Positions 38,249 through 49,581 are shown, numbered from the stretch's first letter. The stretch is 64,000 bases of DNA from Candidatus Latescibacterota bacterium (GCA_965237525.1 CBDEFO010000008.1:1-64000), one strand, 5' to 3'. The notes: generated from the sequence alone by a model not told the origin. Numbers and translations: made by a program.

Positions 38249-40234
38249 TCAAAATTGCCCGAACGAATTGCCCCTCATCCCTGTGAAGTAATCTATCGTG
38301 AGCCACGTCGCTGCCACGACCATCTGTCCTAAGATCAGACCCAAAAAGAAGGGTCGAGTCTTTCTGAATACTCCAGCGCCGCCGTATTTGAGTATGACTA
38401 CCTTGAAGAACCACGCCAAAAATACGCTAAGCCACACCTGATTTATTAAGAACACGGGGCTGATTACATAGCCGATGGGATGGATAGGCCACCATATAAA
38501 GCGGTATCGGATAAAGATCAAAAGGCCCATAACAGATGCCCCTATGCCGGTGGCTATCCATCCTCCGATGTTGGGAGTAAGGGCCCCTGCTACCCTTGAG
38601 GTTATGTAATCGAAGGGTTCTCGCGGAGCCCCGCCAAAAAACCAGGCGTAGAGGTTGATTCCGCCTTCCTGGTATGCCATGTTTAAGACCATCCACATCG
38701 ATCCTGCCAGGCTCACGACGATGGAAAGCATCATCGCCCAGAAGAGCGGTCTTCTATTACCTACCACCACATTGATCAACTTGAGCCCGTTGGCGCACGA
38801 AGCCATAACAAACGTCCTCAACTCACCGTGCCATACGTGTGTGTACGCCAGCGCGACTAATCCTTTAGGTCCTAAAACTGTGGTCCCAAGCCCGGATACC
38901 ACGAAGTCCGAACCCAGTATAGGCGGCCGCATATCAGGCATCCCTCCCTCTGATACTACACGGGTCATCCCTATAAAGATAACAAAGGCAACAAACACGA
39001 ATATGGGGACGATCCAGAGGGGCATTCCGGTAGTCCACAGCCAAAAGCCTATAAAAAGGAGCCCTAAAACCATGCCAAAGAAAGCGGTCCGGTAAGATAG
39101 AATCTCGTCCGAGTCGTCCACGTTTGGGTCGTTCTTGAATGCCTTCCTCAGAACGCCCTTTAGGTGCTCCCGACCTGTCCACAGTCCTAACATGACAAAG
39201 ACTATTATAGCTCCCATGCCCTGATGGAGCAGGTACGGTGACGAGGCCCAGGTGTAAGCATAGAGGCTCATTATCTGTGAGCTGTGGAAACCTATCATAT
39301 TGAAAATTCCGTGCTCCACGTTGGCCAGTAGAGAGAAGGACCAAATCGCAAGGGCGATGTCGCGGGGTATAAGATAGACGAATCCAACAACATAAAAGCG
39401 GAGATCGAAGATAATCCGAGTTGTGTTGTGAAGTATGAACATGCTAGTGGAAAGGTCAATATCCGGAACGAACGGGTAGTAGCGATGGAAAGCCTTTGCG
39501 CTGTCTATGAAAAAAGGGATGGCAAATCCAAGCCACATAACTGGATTTTTGAAAAATGGCGCAAGGTAACCACTCTTATCGTCCCTTATCATTTCCATAG
39601 GCGTCTGAATCATCGGATAGATCACCCTCTCCCTCTCTACCCACTGCCTCCTTAAAATCACCATCATGCATATCATCACAAAATAAAGGACAATCGCAAA
39701 CGAAGACCAGTACAAAAGTGGCCCCATCCACATCCCCCAGGGTATCGTCTCTCCCTCAGGCAGACCTTCGTAGAAATATCTAATGTACTCTGGATCTCGA
39801 GGGGATATCCACTCGGGGATATATGGATGGATCAGATTTACCCAGTCGTTCTCAGGGGTAGCGTAGTAGAATACACCGGCGCTGGCAGGAAGGAGGTGTT
39901 CGGTGAGACCTACGGCCACTATGGACGAAGCTACGATCATCATAATGTAGATCATAACTAATTCGGTGACTTCAAACTCGATTCCCCTTCTGATCAGCTT
40001 CAAAGGGGGGTTTACTATCGCTACGAGAATAAATAAAAGGAAGATTGCTCCACCGGTGCTGAAGGCGCCAGCCATCCAGGAGCTCATGATAACGGAATCG
40101 CCGTATGGTGCGGCTATGGATATGAAAAAGGAGAGCGCTGCTCCTACAACAAAAGATCTGACGGTAAATCGTCGTGGTGGTCTCTCCTTCTTAACGGCAT
40201 AATCGGTATTGAAATCCGTAGCTCTTATCTCCAT
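38249..40234 (-). CDS. Polytopic membrane protein, DUF6785/DUF6784, copy 2
   Basis: Same 661-aa length and mostly identical to copy 1. Confidence 0.8.
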   Translation of the reverse strand: MEIRATDFNTDYAVKKERPPRRFTVRSFVVGAALSFFISIAAPYGDSVIMSSWMAGAFSTGGAIFLLFILVAIVNPPLKLIRRGIEFEVTELVMIYIMMIVASSIVAVGLTEHLLPASAGVFYYATPENDWVNLIHPYIPEWISPRDPEYIRYFYEGLPEGETIPWGMWMGPLLYWSSFAIVLYFVMICMMVILRRQWVERERVIYPMIQTPMEMIRDDKSGYLAPFFKNPVMWLGFAIPFFIDSAKAFHRYYPFVPDIDLSTSMFILHNTTRIIFDLRFYVVGFVYLIPRDIALAIWSFSLLANVEHGIFNMIGFHSSQIMSLYAYTWASSPYLLHQGMGAIIVFVMLGLWTGREHLKGVLRKAFKNDPNVDDSDEILSYRTAFFGMVLGLLFIGFWLWTTGMPLWIVPIFVFVAFVIFIGMTRVVSEGGMPDMRPPILGSDFVVSGLGTTVLGPKGLVALAYTHVWHGELRTFVMASCANGLKLINVVVGNRRPLFWAMMLSIVVSLAGSMWMVLNMAYQEGGINLYAWFFGGAPREPFDYITSRVAGALTPNIGGWIATGIGASVMGLLIFIRYRFIWWPIHPIGYVISPVFLINQVWLSVFLAWFFKVVILKYGGAGVFRKTRPFFLGLILGQMVVAATWLTIDYFTGMRGNSFGQF

Positions 40235-40573
40235 CTACAGGTCTTACTGAGGCAAAAAAAGATTGAACAGCCACGACCTTCCAAAAAAACTGCTGTCCAT
40301 TCAATGGCGGGCGTTTGGGAGGGCTTTATTATTGTCCAGAGTTTTTTAATACACCCATACAGACGACATAACCACGCATCACAGCGATATCGCTAGAATA
40401 ACTTATCTACGAGGATCCAGTTCTTATACTTTCGACACCACAAGATATTGGGGTGACCCACCCGGTTACCCGGGAAACCATAAAAAATCGCGCTCTATGC
40501 CCGGAGCAGTGACCATAAGTACTGGAACTTAGAACGCCAGGGTCACGTGGATATCGAACTGTCGGGGAGCAGA

Positions 40574-41419
40574 TCAGACCACCGTATTTTCCACTTCGTA
40601 GTATCGGTTGACTCCCGGGACCTCGCTCATGCCGTGCCATACGCCCCTGAAGAGGGTCTGTCTCTTTGCTGGCATGGCCTGAATCACTTCGAGCGGCGGG
40701 CGCCCCTTGCCCCATTTGGAGTTGACCGTGTCGTAGCAGGTAAACAAACACAGCCGGTCCCGCTCCTTGTTGTTCCAAAGCGTTCCAGAATGACACAACG
40801 ACTCCGTAAAGATCACGGCCGACCCAGCCGGGCAGGTGTAGGTCTCCCACAGCTCGCTGTCGCGGTCGCTGACTTCCTCAGGCCGTGAAAAGGCCGCCTT
40901 GTGGCTGCCCGATAGAAAGAGGGTACCGCCGTCATCCGGAGCCACCTCGTTTAGTTCCCAAACTACCCGCGTCAGACCCGAGTGCACCTTTCCCGGTAGC
41001 ATCTGGTATATGTGAGAGTTGCCGCGGAAATTAAAGTAACCGCCACCGCCGTGGGGTGCATAGTTGTCGTTCCCGGCCTGGCGGTGGCTCGTATAGGTAT
41101 GGTCGTAGCGGAAGCCGTAACACTCTTCGGTAGCCAGGGCTTGGCAGGAGAGAACTTCGTTGAGTACGCCCACCACAGCGGGGTGATCTAGCAACACCTG
41201 TGACGGTCCACCGTGGTTGTCCCTCTCGTGTGGTGGCAGCTCATCTCGCTGCTTCAGGAATTTCATCTGATGTTCGCGAATGAGTTGGAGTTGCTCCTCG
41301 TCGAGCAAGCCGGGCAGGGCTATCCAGCCTTTGATATCGAACGTGTACCTCTGCCCATCTGTCATCGGAATGACCGGCAGACCGTCAGCGTTAGTAGTGG
41401 GAAGCAGCAATTCGGACAT
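40574..41419 (-). CDS. Phytanoyl-CoA dioxygenase (PhyH) family protein
   Basis: YTFDIKGW, HGG, DGGTLFLSGSHK, GSAVIFTESLCH; GGAG RBS before MSELL. Confidence 0.88.
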   Translation of the reverse strand: MSELLLPTTNADGLPVIPMTDGQRYTFDIKGWIALPGLLDEEQLQLIREHQMKFLKQRDELPPHERDNHGGPSQVLLDHPAVVGVLNEVLSCQALATEECYGFRYDHTYTSHRQAGNDNYAPHGGGGYFNFRGNSHIYQMLPGKVHSGLTRVVWELNEVAPDDGGTLFLSGSHKAAFSRPEEVSDRDSELWETYTCPAGSAVIFTESLCHSGTLWNNKERDRLCLFTCYDTVNSKWGKGRPPLEVIQAMPAKRQTLFRGVWHGMSEVPGVNRYYEVENTVV

Positions 41420-41703
41420 GGTTATCTCCAGTAGTTTGTAAGTCACACTGTGGTAGGTGCCAATTCTTATTGGTGGTTCCGGGAACTACCATCGCCTTTG
41501 TCCTTCCTTTTTCTTGTCTTAGCCATCACTTGCTCCTTTTTTGACAGTTCCTTCAAGATGTTCTTCTCCTGTCCCTACTCTGCCTGCGCTCATCCAAACG
41601 TGAGCTCTGAAACCTTGAACTTGATGAACTGGCTTCCCGGAATCTTGTGTTCTGACCCGTTAAAGTGGTTGGAGAGCCCTGCAGTTCGAATTGAGAACAC
41701 TCC

Positions 41704-43017
41704 TCAGCCATTTAGCCCGTCGTAGAACCAAGAGATGGGCAAGCCCACACAGATACCTGTTCTCATACCTCGCCACTTTGCGGCGGGCAGGTCATAACCC
41801 ATCTTGCCATCCTCTTCAATGATATAATAGGCTCGCTCTATGCACAGGTAGCGGATGATGACTACATCCTTGCAGAATGACACTAACGGATATCTTCCTT
41901 CGAGGTTGTTCAGAGATATTCTGGGTGAGTGTTCCATAGCTCTATAGTACCGGATGGGTGGAGGTTCGACGCGGGTGATGTCGCTTTCTTTCAGGCAGAC
42001 GATGTTCCTTCCACGGTTCCATGTGGCCCCGCCGTCTTTGCTGATGGCACAGGATAAGCGGTGACGCTGCAGTCCCATCTCAATCTCATCTGCAGATGCC
42101 TGGTTCCAAATGACCAACAGATCATCGGTTCCGGGGATCCTGACCAGCTCCGCTGGCGCCCTTGAGGAAGCCAACGTTGTGGGCTCTGGCTGTGACCAAC
42201 TTGTGCCGTTGTCTTGAGACCAGGACTGATATAGACGTCCGAGAGGTGTCCTCAGAATCATCATGAGATGTTCTGGACTGACCTCAGCTACCACAGGCTC
42301 CTCGCAGGAATAGTGTCCGCCGGCACTATAAGCCAGGGTTACAAAGAGTTCTCCACCACCCGCCCGAATCCCCATTCCCTCGTTTGTCTGCCAGGTCTCA
42401 CCCTCGTCATCGGAATAGTAGACCCAGCAATAACACATATGATTTTCGAAACCGTGGTAACCTACCAGAACGCTGTCGTCGCCAAATAGAGCCCGACCTT
42501 TCTGCCGAAGAAGCTTGCCGATGTGAGTGTAGACAGAGGCGACTATACGGCCCGTGCTGGTGACAGTGGCGCCGTACATCGCTGCTTTGTCAGATGGCTG
42601 TGAGACCCTTATGGGCTTGGACCAAGTCTTTCCCTCGTCATCGGACCGGAAAAACCAGTTACCTACTCCAAATTCTTGATCGGATCGCCCCGCAAAGAAT
42701 CCACCGATGCCACCCGACTTCAACCGTACAAGACTCTCAGCATACCCCTCCATCGACTGCCCCTCTGCATCGAGCATGGGTTCAGGTTCGCTCCAGGTCT
42801 TTCCGCCATCAGACGAAGTGGCCCGACCCAATAGAGAGTTGGTGGCTACAATGTAGGTTCCACCGCTTTGGGCCGAAACATTCAGCAGGCTCCCGTCCTT
42901 CAGTTCGATCATGCCTCCTTCGTGTGGGATATGACCGATATGGAGGAACAGGCTCTCTTTGGGTACACATGAACGAACTTTGCTTACGAAGTCCGGATCT
43001 ATATTTGCATTCTGCAT
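41704..43017 (-). CDS. BNR/Asp-box sialidase-family beta-propeller
   Basis: Asp boxes SSDGGKTW, SDDEGKTW, SDDEGETW, SQDNGTSW, SKDGGATW. Confidence 0.88.
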   Translation of the reverse strand: MQNANIDPDFVSKVRSCVPKESLFLHIGHIPHEGGMIELKDGSLLNVSAQSGGTYIVATNSLLGRATSSDGGKTWSEPEPMLDAEGQSMEGYAESLVRLKSGGIGGFFAGRSDQEFGVGNWFFRSDDEGKTWSKPIRVSQPSDKAAMYGATVTSTGRIVASVYTHIGKLLRQKGRALFGDDSVLVGYHGFENHMCYCWVYYSDDEGETWQTNEGMGIRAGGGELFVTLAYSAGGHYSCEEPVVAEVSPEHLMMILRTPLGRLYQSWSQDNGTSWSQPEPTTLASSRAPAELVRIPGTDDLLVIWNQASADEIEMGLQRHRLSCAISKDGGATWNRGRNIVCLKESDITRVEPPPIRYYRAMEHSPRISLNNLEGRYPLVSFCKDVVIIRYLCIERAYYIIEEDGKMGYDLPAAKWRGMRTGICVGLPISWFYDGLNG

Positions 43018-43380
43018 ACTTACTGTCTCCTCTTTATATTTACTGTCTGCTCGTTGTCCTTTTAAGCAAACTTTCTGGACCACTTTACTTTATTGGATCA
43101 TCAACCCCGCTTGGCCATCACCTGATTCGCCGTCAGCCCGCAGATGTGGCCACTGCGGCGCGTCGTAACTACGTCACGCCCGTCACGAAGCGGCCAATGT
43201 TCTGCGGTTGCGCCATTGCGTAAAAGGCCGTTATCCTTTCCACGTTCTTGTGATCAGATCGTCGGAAGTTCCGTCCTGATTCTATCACATTCCTAAAGAG
43301 CCTCAAGGAACTGCTCTTCAGTCACCGGTGCCATCTATATATATTCCTTTTAAAAGAATAATCCGCGTGTATTCTTACGT

Positions 43381-44166
43381 TTATCGGATGTGCGGAGGCT
43401 CCATCACTGCACGCTGCTGCTCTGTCATGTCCAGAATATAGTCGGGGAATGAAATTTCGTGGGCGTACTTGCCGTAAGCCTGAAACCCCGGACTGAACTT
43501 GTAAAGCAGCGCGCGGCGCTGGTGCTTGCCCTTCCACGGCAGCGCGCCGTGCGTCAGGGCCTCCGTAAAGATCACCGCGTCGCCCGCTTTAACGTTGGCC
43601 TCCATCACATACTGCTGATACTTCTCATAAAACTTCAAGCTCTGCGGGCAGGGGAGGTTCGCCTTGTGGCTGCCCGGAATGAACGCCAGTCCGCCATCTC
43701 CCGGCCCTTCGTCTGCCAGCATAAACTCCACAACTGTTAGCCCGCAGTAGATGGCCCCGTTCTTGAAGGAGTAAGCCCGCGAAAAGTTGGAGCACTCTTC
43801 ACCACCGCCGTGCAGGCGGTGGCCCTCGGTGCCCTCGTCCATCGCAATTACGCCTGGCCCATGATCCAGCCGATAGCCCTCTCCCAGGATGACATTGAAG
43901 TAGGGCACGATGCCCGGGTGCACCAGAATGTCCCGGAACAGTTCACACCATGGACGCTCCCATGCCAGCATTCCACCAATATCCTTCCGGTGTGAAGTAC
44001 CTCCCAATGTCTTAGACTCAAACGCCAGCGATCTTGGGTACTCCGTAAGTTGGTCAATGTGGTGGTCGATGGCGGCGTTGCAGGACTCCACCTCCTCGGG
44101 CGTCAGCACCTCTGGGATGATAAGATAGCCCGTCAGGTCGAACAAATACTTTTCGTCGTCGGTCAT
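43381..44166 (-). CDS. PhyH family protein
   Basis: YLFDLTGYL, LHGG, DGGLAFIPGSHK, GDAVIFTEALTHG; AAGGAGG RBS. Confidence 0.9.
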   Translation of the reverse strand: MTDDEKYLFDLTGYLIIPEVLTPEEVESCNAAIDHHIDQLTEYPRSLAFESKTLGGTSHRKDIGGMLAWERPWCELFRDILVHPGIVPYFNVILGEGYRLDHGPGVIAMDEGTEGHRLHGGGEECSNFSRAYSFKNGAIYCGLTVVEFMLADEGPGDGGLAFIPGSHKANLPCPQSLKFYEKYQQYVMEANVKAGDAVIFTEALTHGALPWKGKHQRRALLYKFSPGFQAYGKYAHEISFPDYILDMTEQQRAVMEPPHIR

Positions 44167-44329
44167 GACACTCCACCTCCTTATCGGCTTCAAGATATGT
44201 GTGTTATCCCTCACTGTCTAAACTTCTGCTGGCACAGCACTACTCATGCTGAATTCGCCCCGGGCAAGCACCTACCGGACCAAAAGACTCTAGCTGTTGT
44301 TCAGTGCTACTCTTTGCCGTTGATAATCA

Positions 44330-44510
44330 TCAGTCTTGCTCTGCAAGCTTCACATACTTTCCGTCGTAGAAGATAAGCAGTTGGCCGTCGCTCACATCGC
44401 CCGTTATGATCTTTCCAATTATGAAGTCATGGTCGCCGCCCGACAAAACTTCAACCACCTGACAATCCACGAACGCCAGTTCCTCTTAGATGATCGGGTA
44501 GATCGGAAGC
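44330..44510 (-). pseudogene. Flavin reductase C-terminal remnant
   Basis: Manual translation: LAFVDCQVVEVLSGGDHDFIIGKI...LLIFYDGKY. Confidence 0.7.
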
Positions 44511-44990
44511 GTGACCAGGATTCTGGTCTTCGTGACCTCGAGCATGACTGAACCGATCCGCAATGTTGTTTGAACTTGTGGGAAATCTCCTTTCCAGGGG
44601 AAACCAGCCGCGGCATGGCGTGTGTCCCATACACTGCCCCTCCCCCTTTAGAGACGGCGGAGATTACTATGCTCTGGGTAATAAAGTACGGAACTTTCAG
44701 GATTTGTCAAGAGAAAAGGAAGTATCATACACAGGAGGTTTATGCGAACGATGAGTTTATAGCGTGGGGCCCTTTGGTTGGATAGTTCGGTATACCGATG
44801 AAAGCGAGGCAACTGGAATTTGAACAATCGAGCCAGTTTCTTAAACCGGATCTCGGGTTTCTCACCAGGATATTGAAAAGCTCTCCGCCGATCTGATAAA
44901 ACTACAGTTTTTTCAAACCGGAGTCATCTCTCAAGCTCGTTACCGTATACAATTACACCAATCTGGTTGATACCCTAATTACGACTTAAC

Positions 44991-46292
44991 GGTTGAATAT
45001 CAAATGAAATCGGTGCACCTAATTTGATCTTTGTTTAGAGTATTAGTAGATTAAGTTGAGTTGATTGTCTTAACTTTAATCTACGGAGTCCTATGGACAA
45101 AGAGAGATTGGCCGTATTAAGACAAGAAGTCAACGAGATGTATTTTAAGAAAGAAATGTCAAAGCGAGAAGTTATCAAACAAGCGAGAGTTTCCAATGAT
45201 TTCGTTACAGCTTGGACTAAATCTCCGGATCAGGATTTTGCCATAGATAATCGGGGTTGGCCAAAAGGAAAAAGGCGAAAATTGGCTAAAGTTGACGAAC
45301 AGAGAATCAAAGAGATTTACCATAGCTTAGAGGACGATCCTTATCAGTTCTATTCAGGAGCCACTGTTATTGAACAAGAATGGAGGAATCGATATTCTAG
45401 CACCCCTCCTCCGTCGTTGCCGACTATCGGCAGAATGCTTTCAGATTTAGGACTTTCCCAGAGAAGGAAGAAAGGTAAAAACAAGGGTGCATCTCGTTAT
45501 CTTTGTTATCCAGAGTATACCATTTACTATCTTTCAGGAGGCAGAGTCCTAGAATCAGACTTTATTGGTAAAAAGTATCTTACCGGCAGAACTGAGCCGG
45601 TCAACTTCGTTGGATTTTCCTTTAAGAAAGAGCCTAAGTTAAGGTATTTTCGGCGGGTTGACGGTCAAACAGCAACTAACTTTATCGAGAAGTGTCAGTC
45701 TTTCTTTGACAGGTTTGAAAAACCAGATTTCGTTAAGGTGGACAATTGCTCGGCGACTATTGGCAGTGTTTCAGGTAAAAGGAATGTCAGCAAAGCAATG
45801 CAGTTTCTCTTGAAAAATCAAGTGATTCCGATATTTGCCGTTCCCAGAAGGCCCTTTTCTCAAGCATCTATAGAAGGCAACAATTCTGTATTTTCAAGGA
45901 AGTTCTGGAACAGAATTCAGTTCAAAAGCTTACAAGAAGTTGATCAGAAGTTAGAATGGTTTAATCTTTCATCACAGAGATACACCGGCTACCGTCCACC
46001 TAAGCAAGAGAAGTCAAACGAGAAAGATTTCATTCCCAAGACCTATTTTATCAGACAAGTCAAACAGGACACAGAACAGACAGATAAAGCCTTTATCGAT
46101 GTCCTAAATGAGAAAGTATCTCTTCCCTCCTCTTACACCAACTACTTTGTCCTGGCTGAATGGAACCTAAAAGAAGAACAATTATACATCCATTTTGAAA
46201 AAGAACAGAAACCAAAGATTGTCGAAAACCTATCATTCAAGATCAATCAAAGATCGAAAGAGAAGTGCACCGATTTCATTTGATAAATAACC
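44991..46292 (+). mobile_element. Insertion sequence with 28-bp IRs and 6-bp target duplication (IS481/ISNCY-like, family uncertain)
   Basis: GGTTGAATATCAAATGAAATCGGTGCAC vs GGTTATTTATCAAATGAAATCGGTGCAC (3 mismatches); CTTAAC at 44985-44990 and 46293-46298. Confidence 0.88.
45093..46283 (+). CDS. Integrase-core (rve-like) DDE transposase
   Basis: HTH region (PPSLPTIGRML), ESDF, VKVDN, P..QASIEGNN; stop codon lies inside the right IR. Confidence 0.8.
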   Translation: MDKERLAVLRQEVNEMYFKKEMSKREVIKQARVSNDFVTAWTKSPDQDFAIDNRGWPKGKRRKLAKVDEQRIKEIYHSLEDDPYQFYSGATVIEQEWRNRYSSTPPPSLPTIGRMLSDLGLSQRRKKGKNKGASRYLCYPEYTIYYLSGGRVLESDFIGKKYLTGRTEPVNFVGFSFKKEPKLRYFRRVDGQTATNFIEKCQSFFDRFEKPDFVKVDNCSATIGSVSGKRNVSKAMQFLLKNQVIPIFAVPRRPFSQASIEGNNSVFSRKFWNRIQFKSLQEVDQKLEWFNLSSQRYTGYRPPKQEKSNEKDFIPKTYFIRQVKQDTEQTDKAFIDVLNEKVSLPSSYTNYFVLAEWNLKEEQLYIHFEKEQKPKIVENLSFKINQRSKEKCTDFI

Positions 46293-46580
46293 CTTAACCT
46301 TTGGTACTCTATGTAGGGATACTCTATGAGGGATTCCATGTAAAGCTGTTTCCGGCTCCCAAGATGTCAGCTGAGAGATGCTCGGCTAACAGGCTATCCA
46401 CAGCATCTTTGTGGGCTGCAGGAATAGGCCAAGTGACGGAGACAGATCGAAAGAAGGTAAATGCTCTCTGGCGCTGACTGCGAGAATGTGGCCGTTCTTT
46501 TCCTCCCATTCGTAGGATCGGTTGCCACTTTATAAAACGAATGAAATGTAAGACTTCTCTTTCCCTGATCTCCAGAACGC

Positions 46581-47441
46581 TTAATCCCCCGGAGGAGAAA
46601 CGTCCACGGGTACCCAGATATTCGGGTCAAAAGGAGCCAGGTAGTAATCGACGAAAAAGTCCGCGTTGCGGTTCAACTCTGTCTGGCCGCTGTTCGCCCA
46701 GAAAGTGTAGTCAGTTGGGAGGTTATCGCTGTCAATAACGGCAAAGCCTATTCCGATTATGGCGCCCTCTTCATAGGTATGTACTACGCTGTCATCAACA
46801 CTCCTAAAATCTATATCGTCAAATCCCATGAAGTATGTCTCCACATTCAGCGTTCCTGGTCCGCCTGCTTCGCCTTGAAAGGTCCAGCGCAGGTCGGCAT
46901 AAGGAGGCAAGCCGGCCCACGAGGCCGTCCCCCAAAACCAGATCGGATGCTCTCTTTTCAGAAAATAGTGATAGTTCTGAGCTTGAGCTGAGTTGTACCT
47001 GTCCGGGTCCAGATCAAGCTTATCCATAACTTGGTACTGGCCACCGCTGTGGTCAGCATCTATGACCCACTCGAGCATCTCGTAAATGTCTTCTGATGCT
47101 TGGTAAAGAGAGACATCGTCGTACCTATCTTCCATCGTATATATCAGGTTGGTCACCGGACTCCATCCTACGATTATCCTTTCAGCAAGGCTACAGGAGT
47201 CCGGATCTCCCAGGCCCCTGACAGTCTCTACCAGATCGTTGTGCGTCACCCAGAGCGAATCAGGAACGTTAGCCCACTCGCTGAGGTCACCGTCTACCTT
47301 AATGTTCTGGTACTTATCGGTGCCAATAGGCACCTGGACAGCAACGAAGGTCCTATCTGACCGCAGATGAGCAGAACCCGTGCTGATCGTAAAAAGCACA
47401 GATACTAACATCGTGAATATTGCAATGATTTTGTCTGTCAT
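46581..47441 (-). CDS. Exported CBM9/DOMON-like sugar-binding protein
   Basis: Signal peptide, IKVDGDLSEW, IDADHSGG, IGIGFAVIDSD. Confidence 0.65.
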   Translation of the reverse strand: MTDKIIAIFTMLVSVLFTISTGSAHLRSDRTFVAVQVPIGTDKYQNIKVDGDLSEWANVPDSLWVTHNDLVETVRGLGDPDSCSLAERIIVGWSPVTNLIYTMEDRYDDVSLYQASEDIYEMLEWVIDADHSGGQYQVMDKLDLDPDRYNSAQAQNYHYFLKREHPIWFWGTASWAGLPPYADLRWTFQGEAGGPGTLNVETYFMGFDDIDFRSVDDSVVHTYEEGAIIGIGFAVIDSDNLPTDYTFWANSGQTELNRNADFFVDYYLAPFDPNIWVPVDVSPPGD

Positions 47442-47992
47442 GATATCCTTTCATTAGAGAATGATTCACCAACAAAAAGGTGCACGATTCCCTTATAATA
47501 TCCTTCGGCGATCCACCTGGCCCCTGCCTCCGGCCCTGAGGCAGTCGTTCCGAACGGCGCCCCCTGGTTCGGGCACAGATCTAGGATCCCACCCATCGCC
47601 TTTTCGAGATACGGGTGATCGTATTCACCGGGATAGCCATCCATATAGAAGAGTGATAGGGTCCCACACACGCAATGTCCAGGTAGTGATGCAGGCATCG
47701 CCTGACCATTAGCCGAGCAGGCAGTCGCCGGATTTGAGTCTACGCTTGAAGGATCGTCCGAGGGAGTAGGCTCGTGTGTGCAGGTGCTCTAGCCGTTACT
47801 TTCCAGACCGTTTATGCGTCCATTGAAAAGCTGGTTCAGCTGGACAGAGAAAACCGTCAGTACGTCATGCTGAGTCCTGCCCTGAGCAAAGTCGAACGGA
47901 CAGCGAGGTATCTAACTCATCAAGGTCGAGATAATTGGCTCTACTCAGGATGTCAAGCGCCGAGGCGCTTGCTCCCAGCTCCATTAGATCCA

Positions 47993-49045
47993 TCATTCAT
48001 AGAGCCACCGCGTCGGATGCGTCAGCCATATTGGCTCCAGGGTACCCGCAGGTGAACTGACGCGAATGAAAATGTAAAGATTCTCACCGTCGTCGCTGAA
48101 ATACACCTCATGATAGTGAAGATGCATAAAGTCATGGGGCAGTTCGCCCAGAATCTCATCAGGACCGCTACCCCCACGGACCATTGTCGTGAGGGGCGGA
48201 GGCTCAACACGCGTGACCGACTCCACACCGGGACTCTGGACAAGGGTCTTGAAATTGTCCCAGGTCTGGCCGTCGTCCCTCGAGATGGCTACGGAGAGCC
48301 TTCCACGACGATACCCGGCTTTGATCTCATCAACCGACATCTGGTTCCACACGAGCACCAGATCCCCTGTGTTGGGAATGCGGTTCAGGCGGCATGGGGA
48401 GTTGGACATCGCAAGGTCGGTCGTCTCCACCTTCGTCCACGCTTTGCCGCCGTCAGCGCTGTAACTCTTCAAAATCCGGCCGCAAGTCGACCGCATGAAG
48501 CACAGCAGACGTCCGCCTTTCAGTTCAGAAACGACTGGCTCCTCACAGCTCCAGTGCCCGAGGTGACCGTCTTGAAGGTAGCCCATCAGGAAGCCCTTGG
48601 AATGCTGCCAGGTCTGGCCATCATCGTCTGAGAAATTCATATAGCTTCCAGCCATCTCCGGGACATGAGTGTGTGTCTCCAGCGGGATCTTCTGACCTTT
48701 CCAGATGGCATAACCGCCACGCTGTTCGCGAGTATAGTCGGGGTGCTCGCCCTTCATTTCGAGGTAGAAGGGGATCACGATCCGGCCCCGGTAGTCTCCC
48801 TGCTCTATCTGGATGGCGGCGTTCCCGAGTGAGGTGGGTTCGACCGTGCCAACGTCAGAGCTGAACTGATCTCCTTTGATCCAACTCGCGCCACCGTCGG
48901 CTGACGTGTACGAGCGCCACTGATCGTACTTGAAGAGCTTGCCGGAGTTCAACTTCAAGAACGTACCCTGTTCCTTAAGCTCTTGTGGGCGCTCGGTTCC
49001 TGGCCTCTCCCCGGAAGGTAGTTGCATAGAGGTCTGGCTGCTCAA
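47993..49045 (-). CDS. BNR/Asp-box sialidase-family protein
   Basis: SADGGASW, SDDDGQTW, SADGGKAW, SRDDGQTW; AAAGGAG RBS before TTG 49045. Confidence 0.85.
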   Translation of the reverse strand: MSSQTSMQLPSGERPGTERPQELKEQGTFLKLNSGKLFKYDQWRSYTSADGGASWIKGDQFSSDVGTVEPTSLGNAAIQIEQGDYRGRIVIPFYLEMKGEHPDYTREQRGGYAIWKGQKIPLETHTHVPEMAGSYMNFSDDDGQTWQHSKGFLMGYLQDGHLGHWSCEEPVVSELKGGRLLCFMRSTCGRILKSYSADGGKAWTKVETTDLAMSNSPCRLNRIPNTGDLVLVWNQMSVDEIKAGYRRGRLSVAISRDDGQTWDNFKTLVQSPGVESVTRVEPPPLTTMVRGGSGPDEILGELPHDFMHLHYHEVYFSDDGENLYIFIRVSSPAGTLEPIWLTHPTRWLYE

Positions 49046-49248
49046 TGTGCTCTCCTTTCCGTGTCGCAAACCATGACCACCCAGAAAATGACAGCGACGT
49101 GATGAATGTCCGGCACACAATATCCAGATGGCTATGACTTATGCCGTGCCCTTGGTCATTGGAAGTTAGCCGTTGGATATTCGACCACACACGGCAATAG
49201 CTGGGATTTAGTGGCTTCCTCCGAAATACAAATGTTAACGATCTTAAC

Positions 49249-49581
49249 TTAAGACATTTTGGACAACCCGATGATCTCCCGCGCCTCCTCGGGTGAGGCT
49301 ATCTCTCGTCCCACCTCACGTGCGATGCGCACCGCCTTTTCCACCAGTAAGGCGTTGGTTGTGGCCAATGTGCCCTCTTCAGCGACGATGCCGGCTGGCT
49401 CATGGCCCATAATAAACGGCAACTCCGGTACGTAGCCAAAGCCGTCCATTAACTTCAGGTCTGTCCCATCAGTGCCACAAGCCATGACTTGCACGAGTAC
49501 CTCGTCGGGGCCGGGTCGTGGCGTTTCCACCTCCTCCAGTTGCAGGGGCTTGCCAAATTCTCTCAAGACTGCTGCTTTCAT
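49249..49581 (-). pseudogene. Chimera of a Zn-alcohol dehydrogenase N-terminus and a BKACE/DUF849 C-terminus
   Basis: MKAAVLREFGKPL...ACG..GTD...GHEPAGIVAE fused to EGTLATTNALLVEKAVRIAREVGREIASPEEAREIIGL. Confidence 0.8.

Noticed and set aside
40250..40310. Attenuator hairpin plus T-run ahead of DUF6785 copy 2
   Set aside because: The stem is bulged with a long loop and there is no aptamer or leader peptide; too weak to call.
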